Source: Isurus oxyrinchus
Taxonomy: Eukaryota
DNA: 64,000 nucleotides
Reading direction: 5' to 3'
Assembly (NCBI GenBank): GCA_026770705.1
Contig: JANJGN010000041.1
Location: 4,650,001 to 4,714,000, forward strand
Both the position numbers and the translations under genes were made by a program. Shown in pieces: positions 1-12,861 of this stretch. The notes beneath the pieces were generated by a model, which was given only the letters and a program-made list of their open reading frames with translations, was not told the DNA's origin and ran no database searches. Every line of letters starts with the position of its first letter. The first letter of the stretch is position 1.

Positions 1-602
1 ATGACAGTGCTTACGACTAAATGAGAGATTTAGGGCTATCAACATCAGTGGATTTCATCAGAAGTTTTCTTCTCAATATAAGCATTGCAGTGGTTGCCCT
101 AAAGAAAATATGCTAAAGAAAAACATTAAAGCTAAATGGACAAAGGATTGTCAAAGCGCTTTTGAAACATGAAAACTGTACTGACCAGTGCAACTGTTTT
201 AGGGGCATCAACTTGTGTAAAGCCTTTTGATGTTAGTGAGTGTTGGCTCAGTTGTACCACAGGGCGGCGAAATGGGGATCGAACGGCCAACCAGTTACTT
301 CGCTGGAAAGATAAATTATTGCCAGAGGTAATACCACGGTGTGAGAAGGATACTCTGAATTTAGTGCTGGCTATCAAACATTTATCGTATAGTTATGAAT
401 ACATTCTGCAGATATGGTTTTGAATACTGACTGGGTTCCTTTATCCGTTCTGGCAAAGATTCAAAACAATGATCTGCGACTATTTTGGTGGGGTTCAATG
501 ATCCCTTATAAATTAAAACTCAGCCATGTAGCGGGGAGTTACAATATAATAGCAAATGCTTTATCAAGCGCAAATATGGCAGGAGAACAATATTGTGAGT
601 AA
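1..602 (+). mobile_element. Ty3/Gypsy LTR-retrotransposon pol remnant (RT connection + RNase H C-terminus), frameshifted
   Basis: Joined frames read ..MLKKNIKAKWTKDCQSAFE..KTVLTSATVL..CEKDTLNLVLAIKH..NTDWVPLSVLAKIQNNDLRLFWW..YKLKLSHVAGSYNIIANALSS. This matches the Gypsy RNase H pattern EKE.LA..AL.HF / TDHxPL / H..G..N..ADALSR. Confidence 0.75.
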
Positions 603-2017
603 TATGGACTTGTATAGAATATGATTCTTATGGATGATTTTTGTGTATTTAATGTAAGTGCATTGTTAGAGCTATTGTAAAGCTGTGCAAGTATTTTAGC
701 TGTAGCGATGAGAGGAGATGGTAAGAGCACATGCAAATTCCTCTTCAAATTAACTTTTAATTTATTTTTCTTTTGCGAGTGAATTTATGGCAAGCAAAAA
801 TAATTTTAAGTAAGTTACATTTGTATTTGAAGTGTAAAGCCTGCGTCTGATGTCAGTTTGGAGTTTTGCGAAAATCAGCTGGGAAGACTGGTGCCCTCTA
901 TGAACGCTTGCATTTTACCGAGGTTTGAGGACGATTGCATTGAAGACATTGCCCACCAATGAGATTGGTCATTAAGTGAACAGAAAAAAAGAAGTAGAAA
1001 AGAAAACTGTGCTGTCCACTCGCAACAGGAGCTCAGAGAGAGAGATGCACAGAGACAGAGAGACAAGAGGGCAAGCACTTTTTAGCTTGAGTTGGTATGA
1101 AAATACGTCCGAGTAATGGCTGGAAGAAAAGGCCAAAGGCTGTCACTCACTGGACATGATGACAGATTATTACGAAACTCATGGATCATGCTCTAAATTT
1201 AAAGTGGTGGTGCATTTAAAGAGAGTTTTCTGGATATCTCAAGAGTGATACCAATTATGAAAGGCTTTCTGACGAATGTTGAGATGCCCACTGGAAAATA
1301 AACTTCTTTACCAAGGAAGGAGCTTTAGTTTTGCCCAAAATGCCTGGTACCTGTTCACTTGCGACAGATCTGGACCTGTAAATGTGTTCCTAGGATAGAA
1401 TGGATAGCGAGAGTTTCAAACAATTCGTTTGGTGTTTCTGTGTTGAAACATTCCCTCCCTTTTTGTTAATTGTAATATGTCCATGATTATTGTCAATTAT
1501 TTTTGTGTTACAGAGGCAAAGCAGACTCCTGTGAATTTGTTTGCCTAAGCAATCTCCACGCATTAAAATAAAATGTTTTTAATATTGCTCATCAAGCAAA
1601 GCCCCATTCTGCTTTGGAGTTCCATTGTTCCTCCCTCTCTGCTTTTAAAGAGGGCTTGAAGCACTTACAACCTTCCAAACCTCAGATAATACCTTGAGGT
1701 AGAATTAAATATAGTGGTCAGTCCGATCACCATTTGCATCGTTCCTTCCCTCAGTGAACTGCATACTCGCCATCCAGACCAGGTCAATGTTATAATTTAT
1801 AGTGACATAATAACTGTTGGATCAAAAGACGATCACAGAATCAATTTGTTCAGTGTGTAACTCATGTCAATCTCCATGGATGCTAATTGTGTCACTGGAC
1901 GATTTCCCTCTTCCATTAATAAAGGGCTCAGTACAATGCATTATGCAAAAGCGTTAGCAGCAGAATCGCATCCAGCAGTCACAAGGATCAACGGCCCCTG
2001 AGAAATCGAGTGCGAGT

Positions 2018-2185
2018 GATCAGAATCTGAGAACAACAGATTGTAATGTTACAACAATGGAGCAGTATAGGAGAATATTGAATTCGAATGTTGAAACAAT
2101 GAATTAGATTGTGAGGACAATATAATTGGATGTTACAACAATGGATCAGAATCTGAGAACAATATTTTGGGATGTGACAACAATG
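2018..2185 (+). repeat. 42-bp tandem repeat (4 copies, 21-bp sub-period), in frame with exon 1 of GPCR pseudogene A
   Basis: Units start at 2018, 2060, 2102 and 2144 and each ends in ACAATG. Translation: DQNLRTTDCNVTTM / EQYRRILNSNVETM / N*IVRTI*LDVTTM / DQNLRTIFWDVTTM. Confidence 0.85.
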
Positions 2186-2315
2186 GAAAAGACTTTATCC
2201 TCCGGACTTTACTATCTTTCTCAAGATTGGATATTGTTAGCTGATTGGAGCAATGGTGTTCTTGCCGTGATTCAAGTGAGTTATTACCCCATCCAATCCA
2301 TTGTTGGTGTCTCAG
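2141..2315 (+). pseudogene. Exon 1 of GPR139/GPR142-like pseudogene A (splice donor mutated GT>AT)
   Basis: Reads MDQNLRT...VLAVIQVSYYPIQSIVGVS then g|ataag, paralleling IEAIYYPILAAIGVP g|gtaag of the intact exon 1 at 51344-51413. Confidence 0.75.
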
Positions 2316-2589
2316 ATAAGACGCTCTATTCAGCAGTCCAATCCCTAAAGCACAGATAACTGCATTACCGTTACTATCTTTAACATTTATGCAACACTGC
2401 AGCCACATTCAACTGTTACCAGCATAAAGTCTGTTCCCTATCCAGAGTCTGCACTGCCCCCTGGCACAAATGTCGAAGCCTGAACCAAACTGTTACCCAC
2501 CTCCAAGCTCCGTTAATACTGATCTCATTTCTGAGCCCAGATCCTCTGCATTCTAAATTTTGTCTGCTACCAGTTCCTTTACACCAACC

Positions 2590-2880
2590 ACCATCACCCC
2601 TGCCTCAGTCCAACAGCAGAGTAACACGCCGCTGTGCCTTGGTTAAGGCCAGACTCGACTAATGTTAATCTCTCCACACAATTCCTGTTACAAACCTTCA
2701 AGAACCAGAGCCCACCAAAAACTCGAACGTCTGTCAGGTAACTTACACAAAATCCCATTTGTCCGTCATCCATGTGCTCACGGATCAACGTTGGTCGTGG
2801 GTCTGCAAGATCCTCAACTTCAATAATCCTAATCCTGTGATTATATCACTCCATAGCCTCACTCCTCCAATTAATCCAAT
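2590..2880 (+). mobile_element. L2-type LINE ORF2 C-terminal fragment, degenerate
   Basis: Resembles the L2 segment PCLS..AETL..A.V.SRLDY..(QNSAAR)..TK....I.PVL.DL.W....FKIL....SLH.L.P; carries stops and frameshifts. Confidence 0.55.
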
Positions 2881-3329
2881 TGCCAGTATCTGGTGCTTCA
2901 TGGTTGACAGGGGGCTTACATAGGTTTGATGAATGCCTTTAAATCTCGGCTTTTATCTTTCCACTGAAAGCCTGTGTTACTCATTCCAAGCTAGATATGT
3001 GTTGAGCAACAGTTGTAACCCTCTGCAGTTTCATTTGAATGAGCAAGGCAAAGCGGTTATAACTGATTAATTTCGTTGGAAAGTTCATTGCGGTGCTGTG
3101 GATCGTTTTCTAGGTGTTGAGCTGTGAGGGGCTGCGTACATTCAGGGTGGAAAAATGATTTCCCATCCCGGATCTGGAGGCTGCTGTTGCAGTACATTTG
3201 GATCTGCACGTTGACCAGCAAACGTAGCAGAGGGCGCAAAGAGTGAAATCTCTGTGAACATGGTGGAAGAGAAGTGGTGACCTGCACGACGCCTCCCGGA
3301 ATTTCCAGGAACACTAAGAAATCTACAAC

Positions 3330-4250
3330 GAACACAGGTGAAGTAAGTCTGATGCAGCGAGGAGTTGGCTGCATATATGTGTCACGTCCTTCAATATGTG
3401 CAGGAGCCTCACATCAGGGTGAGGGAGGTGCTGCCAGTGGCCGTTCAGGTCAGAGGATAATGGAAAGTTTCAAACAAGGAACAAATGACATGTTCATTTT
3501 TCAACAGAATTTTTTGTAATGATGTATCCAATACTTGAGAGGGAACATAAATGTTGGGAGAAGCATTTGCACCGTTGGGTCCCTCCAAAGGGAGAAGCAG
3601 GAAGTGTGGTCCCATGGCTTCCCAGGATAGCAGCATTCCGTTGGTGTACATGGCTCTGCCATGTCTCCATTTCAATTGGGACAGTTACAGGATATGAAAG
3701 GTTTCTCAGTCCTTTAACGTGCAGTTGATGTGCGGGTATGCACAGTGTGTCATGATGGTGACTGTCCCATATCCTCGCTGCAGACACGATACCTTCATTC
3801 TGAAGCAGTTGGTGATTTCCAACACATTCAGCTCTCCTGAGAGAACCATAATGTGGCTCTTACGTGATGAAAGCAGCCCCGCAGATAATTGGATCAACAA
3901 AACAAAACACACCCTCAATGCTCCCTGATGTCCAGCGAGCAAGTAAACACAACACCTGAAGAGTGACAGCAATGGAGCTGCACCGAACATTGTGAATCAA
4001 GCCGTGAGTGTGATGAAGCAATGCTTCGGATGCCGGAGCCATGCAGTGTGAGCACTCATTCTGGAGCGGGTGGTCGTGCTCATAATGTTCTAATTCTCTC
4101 TTCATATCATCACCATCATGAGGACATGGGCATTGACACCAGAAACCCGAGGAATACCACAGGAAGAGGAGTAGAGTACAGTTACGGTATACCCTGGAAG
4201 CATTTGAATTTGAGAGGTTGCCGGATTTGCTTCCTTAGACTCTAGTTCTG
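3330..4250 (-). mobile_element. PIF/Harbinger DDE transposase relic
   Basis: Minus-strand pieces GALRVCFV..SSRKSHIM..SAARIWDSHHHDTLCI..LLSWEAMGPHFLLLPL..ETFHYPLT follow the HARBI1 order GAIDCTH / NRKG.HS / ARYPGS.HD / LLGD.GY..LLTP / RF.CL. Heavily mutated. Confidence 0.5.
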
Positions 4251-5189
4251 ATAACATCGTATTCTGAGCTTGTTCGCAATGGAATGTCAATGTGTGGACA
4301 ATGGGAATCGGACAACATGTTTACAGGGCAGGGAGGCTATTAATGATGAAAGAAACACTTCAAAATAACATTCGTTAGGAAACATTTTGAGGTATTCGTG
4401 CAGTAAAAATGGCTAATTCGTGTTACATGTCATTGCATTTATTCACAAGAGAGGGTCAACCACACTGTCGATTAAAAGACAGATTTTCGCCAATTCCATT
4501 TGTCTTGAAGCAATGAGGAGAGAATTCTTCGGGTCTGCAACACTTTCAACGAACAGCTTAAGCATTGTAAATAATCTACCCGTGTATTTTATACTGTCGT
4601 ATTTATCTAATCGCATGTTACATATTTGGGTATCATATTTTATTATGTGTGTGCTTGCGATTTTTAGAGGCAAGTGTTCGTTATGTTTTTTTTTTATTTT
4701 GGACTTTGTAATAAATGAATGTTTACCCTTTCATTTGATGTTAACATTCCCAAGAACGCCTGTTTATGAGACTAATCTCGAAATTACATGAGTCGATGGG
4801 GGAATCTCTCTTTCTCATTAGTACATGATCTTCTGCTCGGCAGAGAGGTTGGGAACAAAGAAAAATCAGCCCATACCTTTTCTCTGTCATTTACCCAACC
4901 ATCACCGTTGGTTGCTCCCTTTCAACACCAGCTCCCCTGTCACTCCTGAGTTTTTCTCCCCAAAAATCTGCCTCCCCCGCCTCTCTTGTCTCCTCTGCCC
5001 CTACAGCTCTGTTCTTCTTTTATTCACTCTTACCTCCCTTCCACTGTGTCACAGACCTTCTTGGTTCTCCTTTCAGGACCATTCATTTCAATACATCAGA
5101 GGATGCTCGAACACATCTCAATAACACCACGATCTTGCTGGCAACTTTGATGCCAGAGTCACTCTCATTGTTTATTTCCCTGCTTTGCA

Positions 5190-6086
5190 CTAACCCTAAT
5201 CGCGATTATGATCCTCAAGCGCAAGAGGTGTGGTCTCGCCGATTGTGTTACCCATTACCTGGTTGCCATTGGCAGTGTCTGATCTACTTGTCATTATCCT
5301 TGACCTGACTTTGAGGCATATTCCAATTGTGTTAGATAAGTATTTTGTTTTCACGAAATCAATCCCCATGTTTAATATCCATGCCATCCTGCTTTATGCA
5401 GCCAATGACTGTTCTGTCTGGTTCACTGTTGCTTTCACCTTTGAGCGATTTGTGGGTATTTATTGCCTAAAGCTGAAAAGCAAATATTGCAGCGAAAAAA
5501 AACGGCAGCTCTGGTTTTTGGCACCGTGAATGTGCTGAGCTGTTCAAAGAACATTTTCTGCTGTTTTATGCTCACAGGTTAGTGTTGGCTCATAAACTTC
5601 CTCCGGTTTTGTGGTTACACAAAGGAAGTTCTGTTGTCACGGTTCAGGGTAAGAATCTACTTCACCCATCACATGCAAATACCGCGTGTCGCATTTGTGT
5701 GGATTGTGCTGCTCAATATTTTGACAGGAAGGTACATTTTACTGGCCAGCAGCGGACACCTGAGGCTCCATGCTCGCAAAAATTGGAAATCTCCCGGGGA
5801 ACAAGATATGGAGAGTCAAAATAAATCGATCATTTTACTGATCTAAACCAATTTCATACTGTTATGGGCAACGTAAATCGTTTATTCTATATGGACGCGG
5901 CTGTATGAATTTGGGGACAATTCTCTGTACCTGCCTAATATGGTTCTGGAATTGTGTTTCATGCTGCAGCTCCTGAGTAACTGCACAAAGACTGGGATTT
6001 ACACTGTGACCCAGCTGAAATTCACGGAACATATGTGGAGTATGGTAAACTATCCCTTTAATCACATTATTCAATTAGATCAATGA
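5190..6086 (+). pseudogene. Exon 2 of GPR139/GPR142-like pseudogene A
   Basis: Motifs RCGLADCVTHYLVA, SDLLVIILD, ANDCSVWFTVAFTFERFVGIYCLKLKSKYCSEK, DMESQNKSIILL and LQLLSNCTKTGIYTVTQLKF. Acceptor AG lost (ttgcac at 5185-5190); several frameshifts and stops. Confidence 0.9.
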
Positions 6087-6619
6087 TTAGACCATCCGAA
6101 TCTTTAGTATCTCTAGAATTATTCCATGTAATTTATCATTTCAAGAGCGAGGATGGGCCTTTCACTGGAGGGGATGGAACAATGGGAGATTCCTGATTTT
6201 TCACATTGAATTCCACATTTCCTGCGTGGGGTGGGTGATGGCACTGGGCTGCGAATGAATCTCTGCTTGCTTTTGGAACTTTCACCTTGATTTTCACATT
6301 TCTAGTGCGGGTAGGTGTCTGTGACAAAGCACAGTTTCAAAGCAGGGGCTTCACTCAGTAATATGTATTCCAGAAATCGAGTAGGAGCTCGCAGCATCTG
6401 GGCACGCTATTTCATTATTCCCGGTATTAATATTCAAGTAAATTGAAGTAAACTCTCTGGTGCCTCGCTGGTTAATTAGTGGAAGACATGTAACTGATTG
6501 GAACAGGCAGTTATCTCATGTTCCAAACTGAACTTATATCCTCTAAATTAAACAGGCCCATTCCCTAGAAAGTGATCAAATAATTCAATGTTCTTCCATT
6601 TTTCAAAAATTTAAAAAAG

Positions 6620-7575
6620 TTTGGCGTTATATATCCGTAACAGCTGGAAATGAACAAATGTCACCACAGTTTATGAGAATATATGGAGACTGAATAATCT
6701 CTGTGGATCTGTAAGCTTAACATCAGTAGCAGGGGAAATTCTGCAACCTATTATAAAACCTAATTGTTTTGAAAATAGTGGTAGCATGGGGGAGAGTGAG
6801 ATTTGGAAGAATGTGTGAATTTATCCACTTTGTTCAGAAAATCAGAAATGCAGGGTAGTTAATAAATGGTAAGTAGTGATGTCGAAATTGAGCTAAATAT
6901 CCTTCTTCATCAGTCACTAATAAACTATGTGTTGAAGGAAGCAATTAGAAATTCAAAAGGTGCCTTAGCATTTCAAGCAAATGAATTTGATTGCACGAGT
7001 AATAATATAATGTTGCAATTGCCTCAAACATTTGTGAGAAGGCAGCAGTATATTTTGCACAGTTTTAGCCAATTTAACCAAGGAAGGTTGTAGGTGTCTT
7101 CGAAGGATTGTAAGGAAAGTACTCCATGTTGATGACCTATGGAGAGAGTTTGAGGAGTTTGTGTCTATGTTCTCTAGAGTGTAGAAGAATAAGAGATGAT
7201 CTCAATGAAGCATACATATTTCTTACATTGTTCAACCGTTTAGACACGTAAATATTCTTGATACACTCTAGGTGTTCTAGATTAAAGACTCAGTCTCAGA
7301 ATATGAGGTAGAACATTTTGGACTGAGATGCGGAGGAAATCAGTCACTTATAGGGTGGTGAATCACTGGAATTCCCAACGCCAGTGGGCTGTGAAAGATG
7401 AGTCATTGAGCATGTTTAAAACCAAAATCGATAGATTTCTTGTTATTAAAGTGTGCACGGTTTTGTGGATTTTGCTAGGAAATTGTGTTGATGTAGGAGA
7501 ACCGCCATTATCTAGTTTAATGTTGGAACGGGTTAAACGGCCCAAATGACCTAGTCCTCTCGTTCCCTAATTCCA
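6620..7575 (+). mobile_element. CR1 LINE, internally deleted ORF2 fragments plus 3' tail
   Basis: Degenerate matches to CR1 segments (agcttaacatcagtagcagggg, tgtgaatttatccactttg, agggtggtgaatcactggaattc) and the tail ggcccaaatgacctagtcct. Confidence 0.65.
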
Positions 7576-8650
7576 CTGCCCCTTGCAACATGTGGAATCC
7601 CATTCAGTCATGTATTTTTTATAATTGTACATTCAAATATGCAGAAGAGTGAAGGGCGCTGTTCAAAGTCGTTTATTAAATGATGAATTATTTGAATGTG
7701 GAAATATTCACTTCTTGTACTGTCAGGCCAACAGGATTCGAATAAAGAGCAGGGCAAAATAGATGACCCTGGAGGCCAATACAGGGAAATAACATTTCAC
7801 TGTATTGATCCTATTGAGTTTAAGGCCAGCAGAGGCACCTCTGGTAAACAGGCTGCAGTCTGCGTTGAATTAGACAAATGAAAGAGTTTTCTAAATAGCT
7901 TGATTGGCTGCCAGCTGAACTGCCACATCTGTGGATCATAGTTACTCAATGGTGTTGAGTGTCTGAGGAAATATAAATAATAAGATGTTTTAATTCTGCT
8001 AAGAATTGCAATGGAATAAATCATATTTGTGTAATTAAACAGTTCCACTTGTGATCTTTTAGACCAGTGCTTTCTAATCGAAATCGCCTAAATGTCACAT
8101 ATGTGGCTATGACTACCTGATTTTATTTCTGTCTTTATTTTCTGAAAGCACTTAATGGTTTTACGCTATTAACCAAGGGGTCGGTCTGGGTGGATGCAAG
8201 AATCAGCTTGGACTGATGTGTCTCAGATCTTATTTACACATGGCATGTGAAGCTTGTTATTTTGAATAGCTTTCTGAAGTAAACTCATTCAGCACACCCC
8301 CTGCATTCCCATGAGTACACGGAGATCCTGTCCAGGGCTTGTTAAAAGTCAGTCGGATTCCATTTTTTTTAATTTTTGAAATGACATCAAAATGCATCGT
8401 TCACATAACTTATTAATGAATCAGTTGCAGAGCTGGACTGTTGCGCTGGTGTTGAATTGATGGTGCTCATTGTTGTGCTTTGTTTCAATACTTATTTTCC
8501 GCTCAACTCTCAACATGTTATAAATCTCTCCCCATCATTGAAGAGGACAATTTAGCGCATCTTCACACTACTGAAATGGATCAGTGAGATACTTAACCCT
8601 CCTTCTCGCACACGCACAACGTACTACCAGCCTACCCCAACCCATACAAG

Positions 8651-8655
<5 letters not shown>

Positions 8656-8683
<28 letters not shown>
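8656..8683. repeat. (CA)n microsatellite
   Basis: About 14 CA units read directly. Confidence 0.95.
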
Positions 8684-10599
8684 CTCCAATTAAAGGGTTA
8701 CAATGATAGAGTCTGGATTGTCCTTCATTGATCAGGCTGATTCGCTTGCCGGTGAATATGATAAATGGCATTCCGTTCCTATCTCGCGACATTTTTCAGG
8801 TCGGAACTCACTGTCCTAGCTGAGCGAAACAGCTATCAGCGATGGCAGCCATGAGGGGTCATGGCGAGTTACATAAATAAACCATCTGATGTCAGCAGCA
8901 CGTAGTTCTTCCCTTGAGATCAAGCAGGCTCCAGTGAATGCAGCCGAGCGTCGTTTTTGCTATAATTCATTCATGAGATGCGGGAATCAAGTGAATAGTA
9001 ATTGGGGTTAGAGTTTTCTGTGATCCCAGCTGATGTTGTCAAGTAACAATTCAGACTTCAGAATGCAACATGGATTGATAGGCCATTTCATATCTTTTAT
9101 AACCCTTAGAGGGTACTTATTTAAACAGATTCACAATTATCTGACCTTGCTGTGTTATTTTTTAAACAAAAGATTTAAAAAAATACTTTGCACAAGCATT
9201 GACTATTTTCCATTCGGCAACAAACACTTTGCATAGGTTTCAACACAGGCGCCAAGATTTAAGTGGCTGAAGATCAGAGTAACCCTTTTATCACTGCAAC
9301 AATTACAGACCAAAGACTCTTGTGAAGAGGATCCACTATTTCCACATTCAGGGTAAAGCTAGTTCAGTTGCAATGACTGCTCTTTGCCAGTGGACTTCTG
9401 AACATTCGCCGAACATATTCTGCAATTGGTATCCCCGTTGGGATGTCCATGAACTAACTGTAAATTCACTATTGTTTTAAGTTCAGGGCAACGTATTTGA
9501 TTTTCTTAACTATCTGGGATCATTTGTAACAAGGCAGAGTCGGAGATATTTTTCTTGCATTGACTAAGTTGTTTCCTATTTATAATTAACTAAAACTGCT
9601 TCTCTCCTTGTCTCCATATCACTGTGGGTCTCCTTCTAATACCCTGCTGCTAAAAAAAGCACAGTTTATATTTATCTACCATTTATTTTTGTTGTAACTT
9701 CATTAAATTATCTCTTTGCTTCAATAAATATTAAAACAATATTAAAAATGCATATATGCAAACAGGTCCATAGGTCTGCAGCCTTAGTCTCACAGAAACT
9801 TAAACTGAAATACAACCTAGGTTTCAAAACTGCTTAACGCACAGGAGTAAAAAAAAATAATTAAATTAAACGTAAAGCTATATCTTTTTCCAGAACCCAC
9901 AAAAACAAACAAAACTCAATTAAAATGATACTTGCGCCAAACATAGGTGTTAAAGATTTTCAATTAAATCTCAAAGTTGGAATGTTTATTTTTTTAACAA
10001 TGAACCCTCGATTGAGCCTAACTTATCACATATGAATTGGTATAATTGATTAGTTAAGTGGAATTCTTTAAGTGTGATGGTAAAATAACATAACGGGAAT
10101 CAGAAAACGAAGTTGGGAAATGTGCGATTATCCAAGGACCTCAGATTCCTTGAAGCCTGACAGCAAAGTGAAGTCTCTCTTCTCTTTCAGAAAAGAAGTT
10201 TAGTTGTATCTCCAAACCATGACACCACTGACGCAATTGTCAAGCTGTGCCAATTTACAACTCAGTCTCCAAATTGCGTTTCTAACTTTATTCCCACTTT
10301 TGTCCATGACTCAGAAAGAGATCATATTACCTAATCCGACTGGTTATTGTGAGGCCAGACCACTTTTGTACACCTCGCATGTGAGTTACAATCTGAGGAA
10401 AATTATTTATTACTTCATCAGTCCTGAAAATGTTGCATTCCATTTTTTTTAAATGACATATTTCCTCCAGATACGGATTACAGGTGTAGATGCAAGTCAC
10501 ATCTTCTTATGAATAATTCAAAGTATCTCAAATAACTGGCATACAAATCATTTCCATGGATACTAAAGCAATTAGCAATGCATGTTGATAACGGTTCCT

Positions 10600-12200
10600 A
10601 CCAAAATGTCAGGCAAGGAATGTTTTCCTTTTAACAAATAGCTCTTCAGTCCTACAGATACAGTAAATTATTTATTGTTTGGTGAGCGATAAGATTTTAT
10701 ACTAAATTCATGGAGATGAATTTAATATTTTTTTCTTTATCTTCCAAATAATAAAAACACATTAAAACCACTTCCAAAACAATTGGGATTATATTTCTTG
10801 CTCTCTAATCTACAGAGGCGATTGCAGCATCCATATAATTTTGCGAGATGAAGTTTAATGCATTTATTATATCTAAAACCAGCTCTTTCAAAACTCTTGG
10901 ATTTCGTTAACTTTCAGTCCCGTTGATTTCTTCAGTATGAAACATTCTTTTCTTCAGATTCACATTCTCACCAGTCCCTTGTTGTCTCCTATTTCTGAGA
11001 TTGTTATTTCTCCCTTCCTCCATGAAGAGAGACAAAAAATTATGGCTATTTTCCATTCTGTTTCCTTTTTCCCCGTTATAAATTCTTCTTTCACTTCCTG
11101 CTATTTTCACGGTTATTATTTTCCTTTTCCATGCAACCATTGAATTGTCTTCATTGTTCTCGACAACGTAGCTTCAAACTTGATTTTCTCTTTTTATCAC
11201 TTTTTTTTTACCTTTCGTTCCTCTTTGCCGAATTCTAAATATCTTCCAATGCTCAGGGTTATTATTTATTTCTCAAATTTATGCTCCTCTTCCTTTTATT
11301 TAAAAGAATAAATAAGGACTATTATTTGCCTTGGATGGATTAGGCTTCTTGCTGTGTTTTTCTGCACCTCAAATCAATGTTTAGTTTTTGTAAACAAGTA
11401 ATTTATTGTTTAAATCGATCTTTAAAACCATTCCTTGTCTACCGTCATATATTTTAACGTAATTCCCCATATGCAACAGTAAATTGTCGCTTATACCTTC
11501 GTAGTTCTCTATGGTTTGACTTATGACCCTTGTTCCGGCTTGCATTACATCACTTTATACGCAAATATAGAATTTTATCATATTATTGTCACGCTCTCTT
11601 AATGCTCTTTTCTAACAAGAATATTAATTAGCCATTACTCAATGCAAAAACCAGAGGTGAACTCTCCATTCCATAGTTAGTTCCACAAAGCACTGTTCCA
11701 GCCCAGTAAATCCTTATATTGCCGTCTCTCATCATTACTGCATTATTTTGTTACATGCATCACTATTTTCCTTTTCTATACCTCTCCCTCCATTAGCAAT
11801 ACTGTTTGGTGCCTCCCATTCCCACCATACTTCTCCCCCTTTTTTTTTGCTGCACCCAAACTGTTTTTGCTTCTTGATATTAAGATCTAAGATCCACTCA
11901 TCATTGTACCTCATCCTTTATTAACAGCGCTTCCCACCTTCCTTATTTTTTGCCCATTCTTGCAAAGTGTTGAAAACCCATGAGCAATCAATTCCAAGGC
12001 TTGATCACCTGCAGTTAGATCTCTGAAAAGGCAAAGAAAAATAGCATACCTGTTTACTTCTATTTGCAATGTCATTCGTCTACATTGCTGGGAATGTTGT
12101 GTGCATTCATGTAGAGTGCATTTAGTTATGTTTTTTTTAAATTAATTTCACAACCTATTGCTGTATCTGCTTGTGTGCTCGAAATTTAGTGTGCCCTGTC
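10600..12200 (-). mobile_element. CR1 LINE relic (endonuclease/linker region)
   Basis: Reverse-strand CR1-like segments such as aattttatcatattattgtcac and ttgatcacctgcagttagatctctg; no intact ORF. Confidence 0.55.
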
Positions 12201-12289
12201 CATCCCTACAACAATCAGAATTTTGAACCAATACAATAATGAGCTTCTAAAGAGTAAATATTTAAACTCAGACGAATGGATCCATTCGA

Positions 12290-12860
12290 AAAATGACATT
12301 TTGTGTCCCAATTAATAACGGAATTCCATGTAACATCTAAATTACGACGTGTAAAAAACATTTTAAAACTGATATATCTTTAAATACTCCTTAGGTGAAT
12401 TGTTTTAAAATATTCTATAACTGACATTTCTTAAATGATGTGCAACTCAATTTTTTGAAAGACAACGTGAGTGATGTTTCTGAAACAATTCATGAATGGC
12501 AATTTCCAAAACATGAGCTTTTGCTGACTATTTTTTCCAAAGACTTATTTTTGAAAAGAAACGCATAATTGGCTTCTTGAAAAATTAAGTAACTGATATT
12601 TTCGTAACAGACTTTAAATGGCGTTTCCAGAAATGCCACATTACTTTTTTACAAATAAACTATAACTCGATTTTTGGAAAACAATCCATTACTATTTCTT
12701 AAACAATCTAAAATTGATATTTTTTGGAAATAATATGACCTCCTTGAAGCATTAAACAGCGCATATTTCTGAAGCATTCGGTGACTGACATTCTCTAACT
12801 GACATTTCTGAAAGATTGTAAACCTGACCTTTGTTCAAACACCCGGAAACTGTCACAATT
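12290..12860. repeat. Degenerate AT-rich tandem repeat (~28-bp period, core aactgacatttctgaaa)
   Basis: Recurrent variants: aaactgatatatcttta, taactgacatttctta, taactgatattttcg, taactgacatttctgaaa, aacctgacctttg. Confidence 0.55.
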
Positions 12861-12861
12861 T

